Assembly: GCA_022825825.1 (NCBI GenBank)
Contig: JAJDWA010000023.1
Span: forward strand, 12,707 to 76,706
Direction of reading: 5' to 3'
DNA from: Candidatus Poribacteria bacterium
Lineage (GTDB): Bacteria; Poribacteria; WGA-4E; WGA-3G
DNA length: 64,000 nt
Positions 1 through 7,953 of this stretch are shown one piece after another; positions within the stretch are counted from its first letter, which is position 1, and each line of letters opens with the position of its first letter. The notes under the pieces were generated by a model. It was not told the DNA's origin, ran no database searches, and saw nothing but the letters and a program-made list of their open reading frames with translations. Both the position numbers and the translations under genes were made by a program.

Positions 1-1
1 C

Positions 2-313
2 TCTGATAACTTCGGCTTTTACTACAGTCCGTATCATTTTCATCGCGCTGGGGACAACCCAGTTGTCGCCTTACAAGCTTTATCAGAACGGCTAAATAGC
101 GTCTATTTCAACTGTGGTGTGGATTCAAGGACGGGGAGCAAGCCGTTCTGGGCACCAGAGATGGATTTTCCTGCCATTTGTAAGGAAATAGAACGTGTCG
201 GCTACGATGAGGAGATCATGATCATCTATTTAGGATTGAAGGCGGATACACCCCAACCAATTATTAGAGGTGTTTCAAACGCACGTGCAAAGTTAGAAAC
301 CTATTTTAGTTAG
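2..313 (+). CDS. sugar phosphate isomerase/epimerase (xylose-isomerase-like TIM barrel), C-terminal part; 5' end lies outside the window
   Basis: Frame 2 is open from base 2 (SDNFGFYYSPYHFHRAGDNPVVALQALSERLNSVYFNC...FWAPEMDFPAICKEIERVGYDEEIMIIYLG). This pattern resembles the C-terminal strands of AP-endonuclease-2/xylose-isomerase-like TIM barrels. Ends in TAG at 311-313. Confidence 0.45.
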   Translation, partial: SDNFGFYYSPYHFHRAGDNPVVALQALSERLNSVYFNCGVDSRTGSKPFWAPEMDFPAICKEIERVGYDEEIMIIYLGLKADTPQPIIRGVSNARAKLETYFS

Positions 314-426
314 GGACAACATTGTTCTATCTCTCACATCGCACCGTAGGTGCTTTCCTCCAAACACTGAAATTTATCCTCACAGTTCCAGAATAGCATC
401 GATGGGTGTATAAAGTTTTTCTCTTA

Positions 427-487
427 TTGTAGGGGCCAAATCAACGCTGAATGCGCGTGTGGCATTCGCAGTGCCAACGCCCTACAA
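427..487. repeat. Composite hairpin with TTGTAGGGG...GCCCTACAA outer arms (family B dispersed hairpin repeat)
   Basis: ttgtagggg (427-435) pairs with gccctacaa (479-487). There is an inner gaatgc/gcattc stem. The same TTGTAGGGCG motif recurs at 33576, 43704 and 47960. Confidence 0.5.
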
Positions 488-511
488 TATCCGATTATTA
501 AATCCAGCTTT

Positions 512-1354
512 TTAAAAAATAAACCGCATAGATAAAAACAGATATCGACTACAGAACTCACCCAAAAATGCAGTAATTATTGCAATAAAAAGGAAACCTG
601 TTGCTGCCCGCGTTGCCCCAACTTCATCCTTCGCAACAGATTTTGGACGCAAACAATCCCAAGAAATAAAGTAAAGAAGTAGTGTGCCACCAAACCCAAT
701 TCCTAACCGCATCCAAAAGATGAGTTGATAATGAAAATTAAATGGCACAACATCTTCTGCTTGCGACCTAAAAAACATATTTATACAGAAAAGAGAGATT
801 ATTATAAAAAGCGTACACAACAGAGCAGTGTTGAACCGTCTTAGATAATGGACAGGTAATTCCGGGGTTACAAGATACCAATGTCCAAACCACATGCCAG
901 TATGAACTGTTCCAAGTAGCAATGACGCTACAAGGAATTGAAAAATTAATAGAAATTTCCCGCCGGGAAATTGGATTACTTCAAAATAGGCGAACGCGCT
1001 GAAAAATATCCAAACGCTACCACAGAGTATTCCTAAAAAGAATAGTATATCGGTGAAAATAGACGATTTGAACCACCAACTCAGTGTATAGGCAAAAATG
1101 AGTAGAACAAAACCGATTACCAGAATGGCCTCAGTATCTTGCCAAAATCCGAAAAAAGTGGAAAAAGTGATAGGCTGCTCTTTCAGGTATAAATTTGCAC
1201 AACGGGCTAAGCCGCTCACAAGCAGATAGATGCCGCCCATCAGGCGATAAAAGTTCGCACCAACCAATCCCTTTGGAATAAGGAGCATAGTCACAAACCC
1301 GCCTACCGCGAGTTGACTGAAAACGAGATAAAAAATTTCTGCGATACTAAACAT
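512..1354 (-). CDS. polytopic integral membrane protein, function unknown
   Basis: 280-aa ORF with an ATG start. About 8 hydrophobic segments rich in F/L/I/W. I recognise no family motif. Confidence 0.6.
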   Translation of the reverse strand: MFSIAEIFYLVFSQLAVGGFVTMLLIPKGLVGANFYRLMGGIYLLVSGLARCANLYLKEQPITFSTFFGFWQDTEAILVIGFVLLIFAYTLSWWFKSSIFTDILFFLGILCGSVWIFFSAFAYFEVIQFPGGKFLLIFQFLVASLLLGTVHTGMWFGHWYLVTPELPVHYLRRFNTALLCTLFIIISLFCINMFFRSQAEDVVPFNFHYQLIFWMRLGIGFGGTLLLYFISWDCLRPKSVAKDEVGATRAATGFLFIAIITAFLGEFCSRYLFLSMRFIF

Positions 1355-1535
1355 CTGTTTGTAAGAGAAACCCCATTATAGTTTAACACCATAATGGGGT
1401 TAGCGTCCGTTTACTTTGTTAAGTATGCCTCAACGATATGAAGGCAATAACTTAACGTGAGTCCGATATAAGAATAAGAAATTGGTTCATCACGGGGATT
1501 CAATTGAACGAAAGACAGTACCAACGCAGCCTTTG

Positions 1536-1599
1536 CTCCAGCGGAGCGGTATATAAGATATCACATATAGCACTCCGCTGGAGTGCTATATGTGATATC
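1536..1599. repeat. Interleaved inverted repeats (A-B-A'-B') downstream of rplL
   Basis: A ctccagcggag (1536-1546) pairs with A' ctccgctggag (1573-1583). B gatatcacatatagcac (1557-1573) pairs with B' gtgctatatgtgatatc (1583-1599). Both pairings are perfect. Confidence 0.7.
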
Positions 1600-1674
1600 C
1601 ATCATCAAATCTGTGATAAACATAATATTATGTCAACTTCTCTAACCTTTATGTCTAACTCACGTTAACTTAGG

Positions 1675-2070
1675 TTAGATAATTTCAACAACTGCGCCAA
1701 CGGCTTCAAGTTGTTCTTTGCTTTTTTCAGCATCTTCTTTGCTGATACCTTCTTGGATAACAACTGGTGCTGATTCAACCTTTTCTTTCGCTTCCTTCAA
1801 ACCGAGCCCTGTAATGGAGCGAACTTCTTTAATAAGAGGAATTTTCTGTCCACCGATCTCTTTAATCTGGACATCAAATTCGGTTTTTTCTGCAGCTTCC
1901 TCAGCTTCAGCTTCTGCTGCACCTGCCGCTGGAACCGCTCCCGCTACTGCCACTGCGGGCATTGCTGAAGCACTCACACCAAATTTATCTTCCAATGCTT
2001 TTACCAACTCGGAGAGTTCCAGAACAGTCATCTCACTAATTTCATCAATCAATTTTTCTATATTTGCCAT
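1675..2070 (-). CDS. rplL: 50S ribosomal protein L7/L12
   Basis: 131 aa. [33 protein letters not shown]-domain, Ala-rich hinge, and C-domain ...[12 protein letters not shown].... Lies directly after rplJ. Confidence 0.97.
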   Translation of the reverse strand: MANIEKLIDEISEMTVLELSELVKALEDKFGVSASAMPAVAVAGAVPAAGAAEAEAEEAAEKTEFDVQIKEIGGQKIPLIKEVRSITGLGLKEAKEKVESAPVVIQEGISKEDAEKSKEQLEAVGAVVEII

Positions 2071-2106
2071 TTTTACAATCCTTTCTTATGATAATAAAAG
2101 TTATGC

Positions 2107-2667
2107 CTATTCGGCTGCTTTCTTCTGTTCACTAATCTGTGTTAGAACAGATGTCACTTGACCAATTGTCCTACTCAGTACGTTAACAAACCGCGGCATC
2201 GGCGACCCATTATTCAAAACGCCGACAAGCCCGGACAGCGGCGCACTGATACCCCCAATAGCCTGACCAATCAAAATCTCTTTGGAAGGCATCTTCTGCA
2301 GCGCTTTAACACCGTTCGCGTCAATGACCTGTTTTCCAAGCACACCACCTTTAATCTTTAAGCTCTCATGCTCTTCGCTAAACTCAAAGAGGATTTTACT
2401 GGAGGTAGCAGGGTCATCGCTTGCCGCAAGAGCAGTGTTACCTTTTAAATATGGCGCAATTCCTTCGATCTCTCGTTCTTGCGCAACAACGTTAATTAAT
2501 GTATTCTTGCAGACTTTATATTGAACATTCGCCTCACGTAACTGCTGACGCAATTCGTTTACTTCAGCAACGGTGAGTCCCTGAAAATCTGCTAAAAGAA
2601 TTACATCCGAACTTTCAAAAAGTTCACGAATTTGTCCAACCTGCTGAATATTTGCTTCATTCGGCAT
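2107..2667 (-). CDS. rplJ: 50S ribosomal protein L10
   Basis: 186 aa. AAGGAG RBS upstream of the ATG at 2667. Typical L10 N-terminus (...LLADFQGLTVAEVNELRQQLRE...). TAG stop. Confidence 0.95.
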   Translation of the reverse strand: MPNEANIQQVGQIRELFESSDVILLADFQGLTVAEVNELRQQLREANVQYKVCKNTLINVVAQEREIEGIAPYLKGNTALAASDDPATSSKILFEFSEEHESLKIKGGVLGKQVIDANGVKALQKMPSKEILIGQAIGGISAPLSGLVGVLNNGSPMPRFVNVLSRTIGQVTSVLTQISEQKKAAE

Positions 2668-2944
2668 AGGTTAGCTCCTTTCACATATTAACCACTCCGC
2701 CCAGAAATAGAAAAACCCCCAGAAATCTGGAGGCTTGACCTAACTACGGCAGTCAAAAATTTGCTTCGGTGCATAAGCACGAAGTGTTTTTCAACCTTAT
2801 CCGAGTCTCGGTAGGTAATTAAGCCAAAAGCCCCTACTTTCTACAACTCTATTCTGTTTTGCGGAATTTGTCGTTTAGTATCTGATAATTATGTTCCGTT
2901 CACTTTGTAAAATCGGTATTCCACAATATGTCCGATTTTATGGA
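2668..2944 (-). promoter_or_regulatory. putative L10 (rplJL) leader / autoregulatory 5' UTR
   Basis: 277-nt untranslated spacer between rplA and rplJ, containing several stem-loops (e.g. gcttcggtgcataagcacgaagt). Its position matches the L10-leader known in many bacteria. Not verified by a covariance model. Confidence 0.35.
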
Positions 2945-3643
2945 TTATAGAAATTGTTGGGGATCAATTCGGATGCCTACGCCCATCGTTGAAGAGATCG
3001 CAACACTTCTGAGATAACGCCCTTTTGCAGACGCTGGACGTGCCTTCACGAGCGCATCCATGACAGTGTTAAGGTTGTCCTTAAGTTGTGCCTCTTCAAA
3101 CGAAGTTTTTCCTATCGGCACATGCACAATACCAGAATCTCGCTCAACACGGTATTCAATCTGTCCCGCTTTAATGTTCTGTAGTGTTTCTGCGATATCC
3201 ATTGTCACGGTGCCAGCTTTCGGGTTAGGCATTAAGCCCCGCGGTCCGAGTATCCTTCCTAACTTCGGCATGATGCTGCGCATTAAATCCGGTGTTGCGA
3301 TTGTTGCGTCAAAATCAAGCCAACCGTCAACGATTTTATCAACTAAGTCATCAGTTCCGACAACGTCTGCCCCAGCTGCCTCAGCTTCTTGTGCCTTGTC
3401 ACCTTCAGCAAACACAGCAACACGAACAGATTTTCCAGTGCCGTGCGGAAGTGCAACTGTGCCACGGATATTCTGTTCAGCGATACGAGCATCTATACCG
3501 AGGCGGGAAGCTAAATCTACTGTTTCATCGAACTTCGCTGAACCCGTTTTTTTCAAAATGGAAATAGCTTCGTCAACAGTGTACTGATTTAATCTATCAA
3601 CATGCTGCTGAATATCGCGATAACGTTTTCCTTTTTTCGCCAT
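2945..3643 (-). CDS. rplA: 50S ribosomal protein L1
   Basis: MAKKGKRYRDIQQHVD... start at the ATG at 3643, preceded by GGAGAG. The ORF-track start at 3655 is a TTG. Classic L1 sequence throughout. Confidence 0.95.
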   Translation of the reverse strand: MAKKGKRYRDIQQHVDRLNQYTVDEAISILKKTGSAKFDETVDLASRLGIDARIAEQNIRGTVALPHGTGKSVRVAVFAEGDKAQEAEAAGADVVGTDDLVDKIVDGWLDFDATIATPDLMRSIMPKLGRILGPRGLMPNPKAGTVTMDIAETLQNIKAGQIEYRVERDSGIVHVPIGKTSFEEAQLKDNLNTVMDALVKARPASAKGRYLRSVAISSTMGVGIRIDPQQFL

Positions 3644-3745
3644 TTTACTCTCCAAGTTTTATAACATCAATCTTACTCATCTGAAATTTTGCATCAAAAT
3701 CTATAGCACTATCCAAAAATTTTCTAAAATGAGTTAACTTAGTTT

Positions 3746-4168
3746 TTAGTTGATATTTAATCCCATACTTCGCGCTGTACCTTCAACCATTCGAATTGCT
3801 GCTTCTATATCCTTGGTGTTGAGGTCAGGTAATTTCGTTTCAGCAATCTCACGTATCTGATCCTTGCTGACAGTGGCTACCTTATTCCGATTCGGTTCTC
3901 CAGACCCTTTAGCAATTTTCGCCGCCGATTTAAGCAAGACAGCTGCAGGTGGAGACTTCACTGTGAATGTAAAGGATCGGTCACTATAACATGTAATAAT
4001 AGTGGTGACAACCATGCCGCTTTGTTGCTGAGTCTGCGCGTTGAAGGTTTTTATAAATTCCTGCAGGTTAATCGCATAAGGAGCAAGACTAGGACCTACT
4101 GGCGGTTGTGGAGTAGCCTGCCCTGATACTAACTGAAGTTTGACTTCACCTGCCACTTTTTTTGCCAT
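3746..4168 (-). CDS. rplK: 50S ribosomal protein L11
   Basis: 140 aa. [30 protein letters not shown]... is the canonical L11 N-terminus. Confidence 0.97.
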   Translation of the reverse strand: MAKKVAGEVKLQLVSGQATPQPPVGPSLAPYAINLQEFIKTFNAQTQQQSGMVVTTIITCYSDRSFTFTVKSPPAAVLLKSAAKIAKGSGEPNRNKVATVSKDQIREIAETKLPDLNTKDIEAAIRMVEGTARSMGLNIN

Positions 4169-4232
4169 TTTGTTAACATCTCCGTATCTTTACTATAGTA
4201 GATTTTAGAAGAACTTGGACACTCTATCAACA

Positions 4233-4257
4233 GCGAGGTTAGGAAACCTCGCCTACC
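4233..4257. repeat. Family A hairpin (stem - TTTCCTAA loop - stem), copy between nusG and rplK
   Basis: gcgagg-ttaggaaa-cctcgc on the plus strand, which reads GCGAGG-TTTCCTAA-CCTCGC on the minus strand. The loop is identical to the copies at 36253 and 41753, but the stems differ. Confidence 0.55.
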
Positions 4258-4303
4258 GGGGGATAAAAGCGTCTATTTATTTTTATAATTCACACCATAA
4301 ATT

Positions 4304-4876
4304 TTATAGCCTTTCAACCCCAAGGAACCCTAATTCAAGCGGTGTTGAACGTCCGAAGATTGTAATTGAGAGACTTAATCGTTGTCGTTGCATATCTATT
4401 CCAAGAATTTCAGCGGTAAAGGAACTAAAAGGCCCTTCAATAACGCGAACTTTATCACCAACAGAATATGTAACCTCTGGTACCGGTTCTTGTTCCTCAA
4501 CAGTTGAACTTTCCAACATCCGTTCTACATCTTCCGTACTGAGAGGAATGGGATTTGCATTTCCAAGGAATTGCATCACCCCGGGGGTTTCCTGAACAAA
4601 AGCCCAACTTTTCTGGCCAATCGAATTTTCCACATGTGGACCAATTTCATGCTGAGAATTGATAAGAACATAACCTGGATAAGTAGGACTGCTTCTCACC
4701 TTGCGTTTGCCGTCCTCATTCTTTACGGTAGTGGAGATAGGAACGTTAACTTGTAAAATTTCGTCCTGTAGTTCCTTATCAGCATCCGAATCGGACGCAA
4801 GGCGTCTTTCAAGATTAGACTGAATTTTCTTTTCGTGTCCAGTGTAGACCTGAACAATATACCAGTAACCTGTCAT
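4304..4876 (-). CDS. nusG: transcription termination/antitermination factor NusG
   Basis: MTGYWYIVQVYTGHEKK... NGN domain and C-terminal KOW (GDKVRVIEGPFSSFTAEILGID). The ATG at 4876 is preferred over the TTG at 4882. Confidence 0.95.
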   Translation of the reverse strand: MTGYWYIVQVYTGHEKKIQSNLERRLASDSDADKELQDEILQVNVPISTTVKNEDGKRKVRSSPTYPGYVLINSQHEIGPHVENSIGQKSWAFVQETPGVMQFLGNANPIPLSTEDVERMLESSTVEEQEPVPEVTYSVGDKVRVIEGPFSSFTAEILGIDMQRQRLSLSITIFGRSTPLELGFLGVERL

Positions 4877-5034
4877 GATCAATTTCCATTACTTAAAAAT
4901 ATGCGTAAGTAAAACTTTGCCAATTCGCTAGCACTTAATCAAATATTTTTGACAAAGGTAAATTAATAAGCGCGAAACAAATGTAGAAGTTTACCAAGAA
5001 ACTTCACTAATTTTTTATGAAGTCTCGTTATAAA

Positions 5035-5409
5035 TTAACGAAGAAATATATTCCTTAAAAAGGACATCCCGAATCCTTTAAGCGGATCATCAGGCATAAT
5101 AATGTATTGACTAACAAGGACCACAACTAAAGGAATACATGCTATAGCAGTTGCAAGTATCCGTCGGTTTTCTAAGCCTTTACCAAGGAAAAACACAACG
5201 ATAGGAATTGCAACGAGAATCAATTCAGCAGGCCACTGCCACGTAGGTTGCGCTGAACTACCATCAACAAGCCAGATGAAAGCCCCCAAAATTCCAGAGG
5301 CAATCAAAACGACGACTGTACTACCACGTACCTGTTCCATGTCAGGTTTAGATACTTTTTGCCATTCTAAGAGAATATTCTGAATGTAATTTTTAATCCG
5401 TGCTATCAT
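5035..5409 (-). CDS. secE: preprotein translocase subunit SecE with an unusual C-terminal two-TM extension
   Basis: MIARIKNYIQNILLEWQKVSKPDMEQVRGSTVVVLIASGILGAFIWLVDG matches the SecE core (KVxWP-like segment plus a TM). Canonical position between tRNA-Trp and nusG. The ATG at 5409 avoids overlap with the tRNA. Confidence 0.75.
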   Translation of the reverse strand: MIARIKNYIQNILLEWQKVSKPDMEQVRGSTVVVLIASGILGAFIWLVDGSSAQPTWQWPAELILVAIPIVVFFLGKGLENRRILATAIACIPLVVVLVSQYIIMPDDPLKGFGMSFLRNIFLR

Positions 5410-5418
5410 GATAAAAGG

Positions 5419-5492
5419 CAGGCCAGGAGGGATTCGAACCCCCAACATCCGGTTTTGGAGACCGGCGCTCTACCAGTTCGAGCTACTGGCCT
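5419..5492 (-). tRNA. tRNA-Trp (anticodon CCA)
   Basis: Folded by hand: AGGCCAG acceptor, GCTC/GAGC D-stem, anticodon loop CTCCAAA, TTCGAAT T-loop. No encoded CCA. Confidence 0.9.
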
Positions 5493-5505
5493 GTGGACAT
5501 AAAGT

Positions 5506-5658
5506 CTACCGAGTCTCCTTATGCTGCGTATGTTTCCGGCAGAAACGACAATATTTTTTTCGCTCTAACCTGTCCTGCTGTTTTTGTCGATTCCGCGTTG
5601 TTGTATAATTCCGTTGTTTGCAGGCATCACATGCTAATGTTACAATGTCTCTGGGCAT
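5506..5658 (-). CDS. rpmG: 50S ribosomal protein L33
   Basis: 50-aa ORF below the ORF-track cutoff: [50 protein letters not shown]. It has the CxxC...CxxC L33 signature and an AAGGTGG RBS. TAG stop at 5506-5508. Confidence 0.9.
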   Translation of the reverse strand: MPRDIVTLACDACKQRNYTTTRNRQKQQDRLERKKYCRFCRKHTQHKETR

Positions 5659-5684
5659 AATTTTCCACCTTTGTGTATAACTGG

Positions 5685-5757
<73 letters not shown>

Positions 5758-5775
5758 AAATCAGAGTGTGTCACA

Positions 5776-5848
5776 AGCGGGAGACGGGATTCGAACCCGC
5801 GACGCATGGCTTGGAAGGCCAATGCTCTACCAGCTGAGCTACTCCCGC
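5776..5848 (-). tRNA. tRNA-Gly (anticodon TCC)
   Basis: GCGGGAG acceptor, anticodon loop CTTCCAA, TTCGAAT T-loop. Confidence 0.9.
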
Positions 5849-5858
5849 ATAAACCGAA

Positions 5859-5940
5859 TGGGGGCGGACGGATTCGAACCGCCGTAGGCATTGCCAACAG
5901 ATTTACAGTCTGCCCTTTTTGACCGCTCAAGCACACCCCC
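5859..5940 (-). tRNA. tRNA-Tyr (anticodon GTA), long variable arm
   Basis: GGGGGTG acceptor, anticodon loop CTGTAAA, variable arm GGCAATGCC, TTCGAAT T-loop. Confidence 0.9.
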
Positions 5941-5948
5941 TAATGGGA

Positions 5949-6020
5949 AGCTGACGAGAGGAATCGAACCTCCAACCTAGTGATTACAAATCACTTGCTC
6001 TACCATTGAGCCACGTCAGC
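5949..6020 (-). tRNA. tRNA-Thr (anticodon TGT)
   Basis: GCTGACG acceptor, anticodon stem AGTGA/TCACT, loop TTTGTAA, TTCGATT T-loop. Confidence 0.9.
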
Positions 6021-6049
6021 ACGCAACAATTACTCTCTTCAACTCTTAA

Positions 6050-6078
6050 AGTATATACATTTTAAGAGCGTCTGTCAA
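6050..6078 (-). promoter_or_regulatory. sigma70-type promoter for the tRNA-Thr-Tyr-Gly-Thr / rpmG cluster
   Basis: On the minus strand: TTGACA (6078-6073), a 17-nt spacer, then TATACT (6055-6050). It sits about 30 nt upstream of the first tRNA. Confidence 0.5.
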
Positions 6079-6258
6079 GAAAATCTCCTTTTTTCATCAA
6101 ACTATTCAATTCTTTTATAGTTTCTATCTTCTGTCTACAGTTTTTACTGTGAGGGGCAACCCATCAAATGCGGGACGCGCATTTGACATTAATTCACCGG
6201 CCACGACACTGTCTAAAATGATGAGAAAATTCAAACTGAATGCTCTAAGCATTATTTC

Positions 6259-6744
6259 TTAATCTTCATTATCAGTGCCACTGTCTTCAGCATCCACTTC
6301 ATCATCAGAATCAGCAGCACTGTCTTCGGCTAAACTTTCACCAAAGAGTTCTGCATCAACTTCCACTTCGTCATCAGAATCAGCAGCACTGTCTTCGGCT
6401 AAACTTTCACTAAAGAGTTCTGCATCAACTTCCACTTCGTCATCAGAATCAGCAGCACTGTCTTCGGCTAAACTTTCACCAAAGAGTTCTGCAATCTGTT
6501 CATCTTTATCTTCTGCATCATCAGATTCAGTCTCGGATTCCGAAGTTGTTGGATCAACTTTTTTATATACCAGTTGACCTGAAGCCAACTCTTCAGTCGC
6601 AACAGATACAGGTTTCTGCTTTTTAGATAAACCGGCTCCGAGAAGTTCATCATTTAATGAACGAGCCCGTTTGGCAATAACGTTAACTGCCAAGTATTTA
6701 TTTGACACATGTTTTCCCAACTCTTCTAAGTAAATAATTGCCAT
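6259..6744 (-). CDS. rpoZ: DNA-directed RNA polymerase subunit omega with an acidic tandem-repeat C-terminal tail
   Basis: MAIIYLEELGKHVSNKYLAVNVIAKRARSLN...KPVSVATEELASGQL matches the omega core (NRY-L-aakRAR; kpv-A-eE). GGAG RBS before the ATG at 6744. The tail is 3 x (AELFGESLAEDSAADSDDEVEVD). Confidence 0.8.
   Translation of the reverse strand: MAIIYLEELGKHVSNKYLAVNVIAKRARSLNDELLGAGLSKKQKPVSVATEELASGQLVYKKVDPTTSESETESDDAEDKDEQIAELFGESLAEDSAADSDDEVEVDAELFSESLAEDSAADSDDEVEVDAELFGESLAEDSAADSDDEVDAEDSGTDNED
6292..6492. repeat. 69-bp tandem repeat, about 2.9 copies, inside rpoZ
   Basis: Units at 6292-6354 (63 nt, partial), 6355-6423 and 6424-6492. The two full units differ at a single base (c/t). 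Confidence 0.9.
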
Positions 6745-6814
6745 CGTTTTCTCCAATTTTTTCAAGACTCAACTTATAAGTATATCTGATTTCCTCAGCG
6801 AAGTCAAATTAATT

Positions 6815-6843
6815 TTGACATATTCCTAATAAAATGTTAGAAT
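6815..6843 (+). promoter_or_regulatory. putative sigma70 promoter upstream of the mqn gene
   Basis: TTGACA (6815-6820), a 17-nt spacer, TAGAAT (6838-6843). Confidence 0.4.
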
Positions 6844-6885
6844 TATTTCATTTACGTAAAGAACCTTAGAAGGATAATAAAACTA

Positions 6886-7953
6886 ATGGATAATACCATT
6901 CAACTCATATTAGAAAAGGCACTTGTAGGAAACCGTTTAAACTTTGATGATGCATTGACACTTTTTAAGAGTCATGATCTACTTGCGTTGGGACACGCCG
7001 CAGATGTTATCCGCCACCAAAAACACCCTGAAGGTAACGTAACCTACATTGTAGATAGGAATATTAACTACACAAACTGGTGTTATGTTGATTGTGAGTT
7101 TTGCGCCTTCTACCGCCACCGAAAAGACCCCGATGCGTATGTGATGGAACGTGAAGAACTCGGACAAAAAATCCAAGAAACCCTTGATTTAGGCGGCGAA
7201 CTTATTCTGATGCAAGGCGGACTACATCCTAAACTCAAATTGGAATGGTACGAAGATTTACTGCGTTGGATAAAAACTAACTACAAAATTCATATCCACG
7301 GATTTTCGCCACCAGAATTAGATTGGTTCGCAAAGATCAACCGTATGTCATTGCGAGAAGTTCTTACGCGCCTCCGCGATGCTGGGCTTGATTCAATTCC
7401 TGGCGGTGGGGCGGAAATCTTAACCGACCACGCTCGCAACAAAATTAGTCCGAAGAAGTGCACAGCTGACGAGTGGCTTGAAGTCATGAGGCAAGGGCAT
7501 GCGGTTGGACTCAAATCAAGTGCTACCATGATGTATGGACATGTCGAAAGTTATGCTGAACGCGTGGAACATTTAATGCGGTTGCGCGATCTACAAGATG
7601 AAACCGGAGGATTTACAGCATTTATCTGTTGGTCTTTTCAACCAAGTAACACAGAACTTGAACATATTCCGCCCGCGGGAAGTTTTGAATATCTAAAAAC
7701 TTTAGCGATCTCCCGATTGTTTTTAGATAATATTGACAACTTTCAATCGTCGTGGGTAACACAAGGGCCTAAAATTGGCCAACTCTCACTCAAGTTCGGC
7801 GCTAACGATATGGGTGGCACAATGATAGAAGAAAACGTTGTCAGCAAAGCGGGTACCGTCTACTGTATGCCGATAGAGGAGATCGAACGAACCATTTCGG
7901 AATTAGGATTTGTCCCGAAACGTAGAAACTTTTTCTACGACATTCTTAATTAA
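6886..7953 (+). CDS. mqnC: radical SAM enzyme of the futalosine menaquinone pathway. Probably cyclic dehypoxanthinyl futalosine synthase MqnC; MqnE is the alternative.
   Basis: CYVDCEFCAFYR CxxxCxxC cluster motif. NINYTN, SPPE, LDSIPGGGAEIL, ATMMYGHVES and WVTQGPKIGQLSLKFGANDMGGTMIEENVV match the MqnC/MqnE/CofH family. Confidence 0.6.
   Translation: MDNTIQLILEKALVGNRLNFDDALTLFKSHDLLALGHAADVIRHQKHPEGNVTYIVDRNINYTNWCYVDCEFCAFYRHRKDPDAYVMEREELGQKIQETLDLGGELILMQGGLHPKLKLEWYEDLLRWIKTNYKIHIHGFSPPELDWFAKINRMSLREVLTRLRDAGLDSIPGGGAEILTDHARNKISPKKCTADEWLEVMRQGHAVGLKSSATMMYGHVESYAERVEHLMRLRDLQDETGGFTAFICWSFQPSNTELEHIPPAGSFEYLKTLAISRLFLDNIDNFQSSWVTQGPKIGQLSLKFGANDMGGTMIEENVVSKAGTVYCMPIEEIERTISELGFVPKRRNFFYDILN

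Noticed and set aside
1718-2161. 147-aa plus-strand ORF (also 2158-2361 and 2282-2524)
   Set aside because: It is antisense to rplL/rplJ, whose products are unmistakable. Low-complexity Ala/Ser translation typical of a shadow ORF.
3060-3587. 175-aa and 91-aa plus-strand ORFs
   Set aside because: Antisense to rplA. No RBS and no recognisable motifs.
5659-5684. Looked for tuf between tRNA-Thr(GGT) and rpmG
   Set aside because: Only 26 nt are available, so the gene is genuinely absent here rather than missed.
6275-6577. 100-aa Ser-rich plus-strand ORF
   Set aside because: It is the antisense reading of the acidic rpoZ tandem repeat. Its periodicity is inherited from the repeat.
7950-7953. Convergent 4-nt overlap of the mqn and ppiD stop codons (TTAA)
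   Set aside because: A trivial overlap of two stop codons on opposite strands. No functional implication is apparent.
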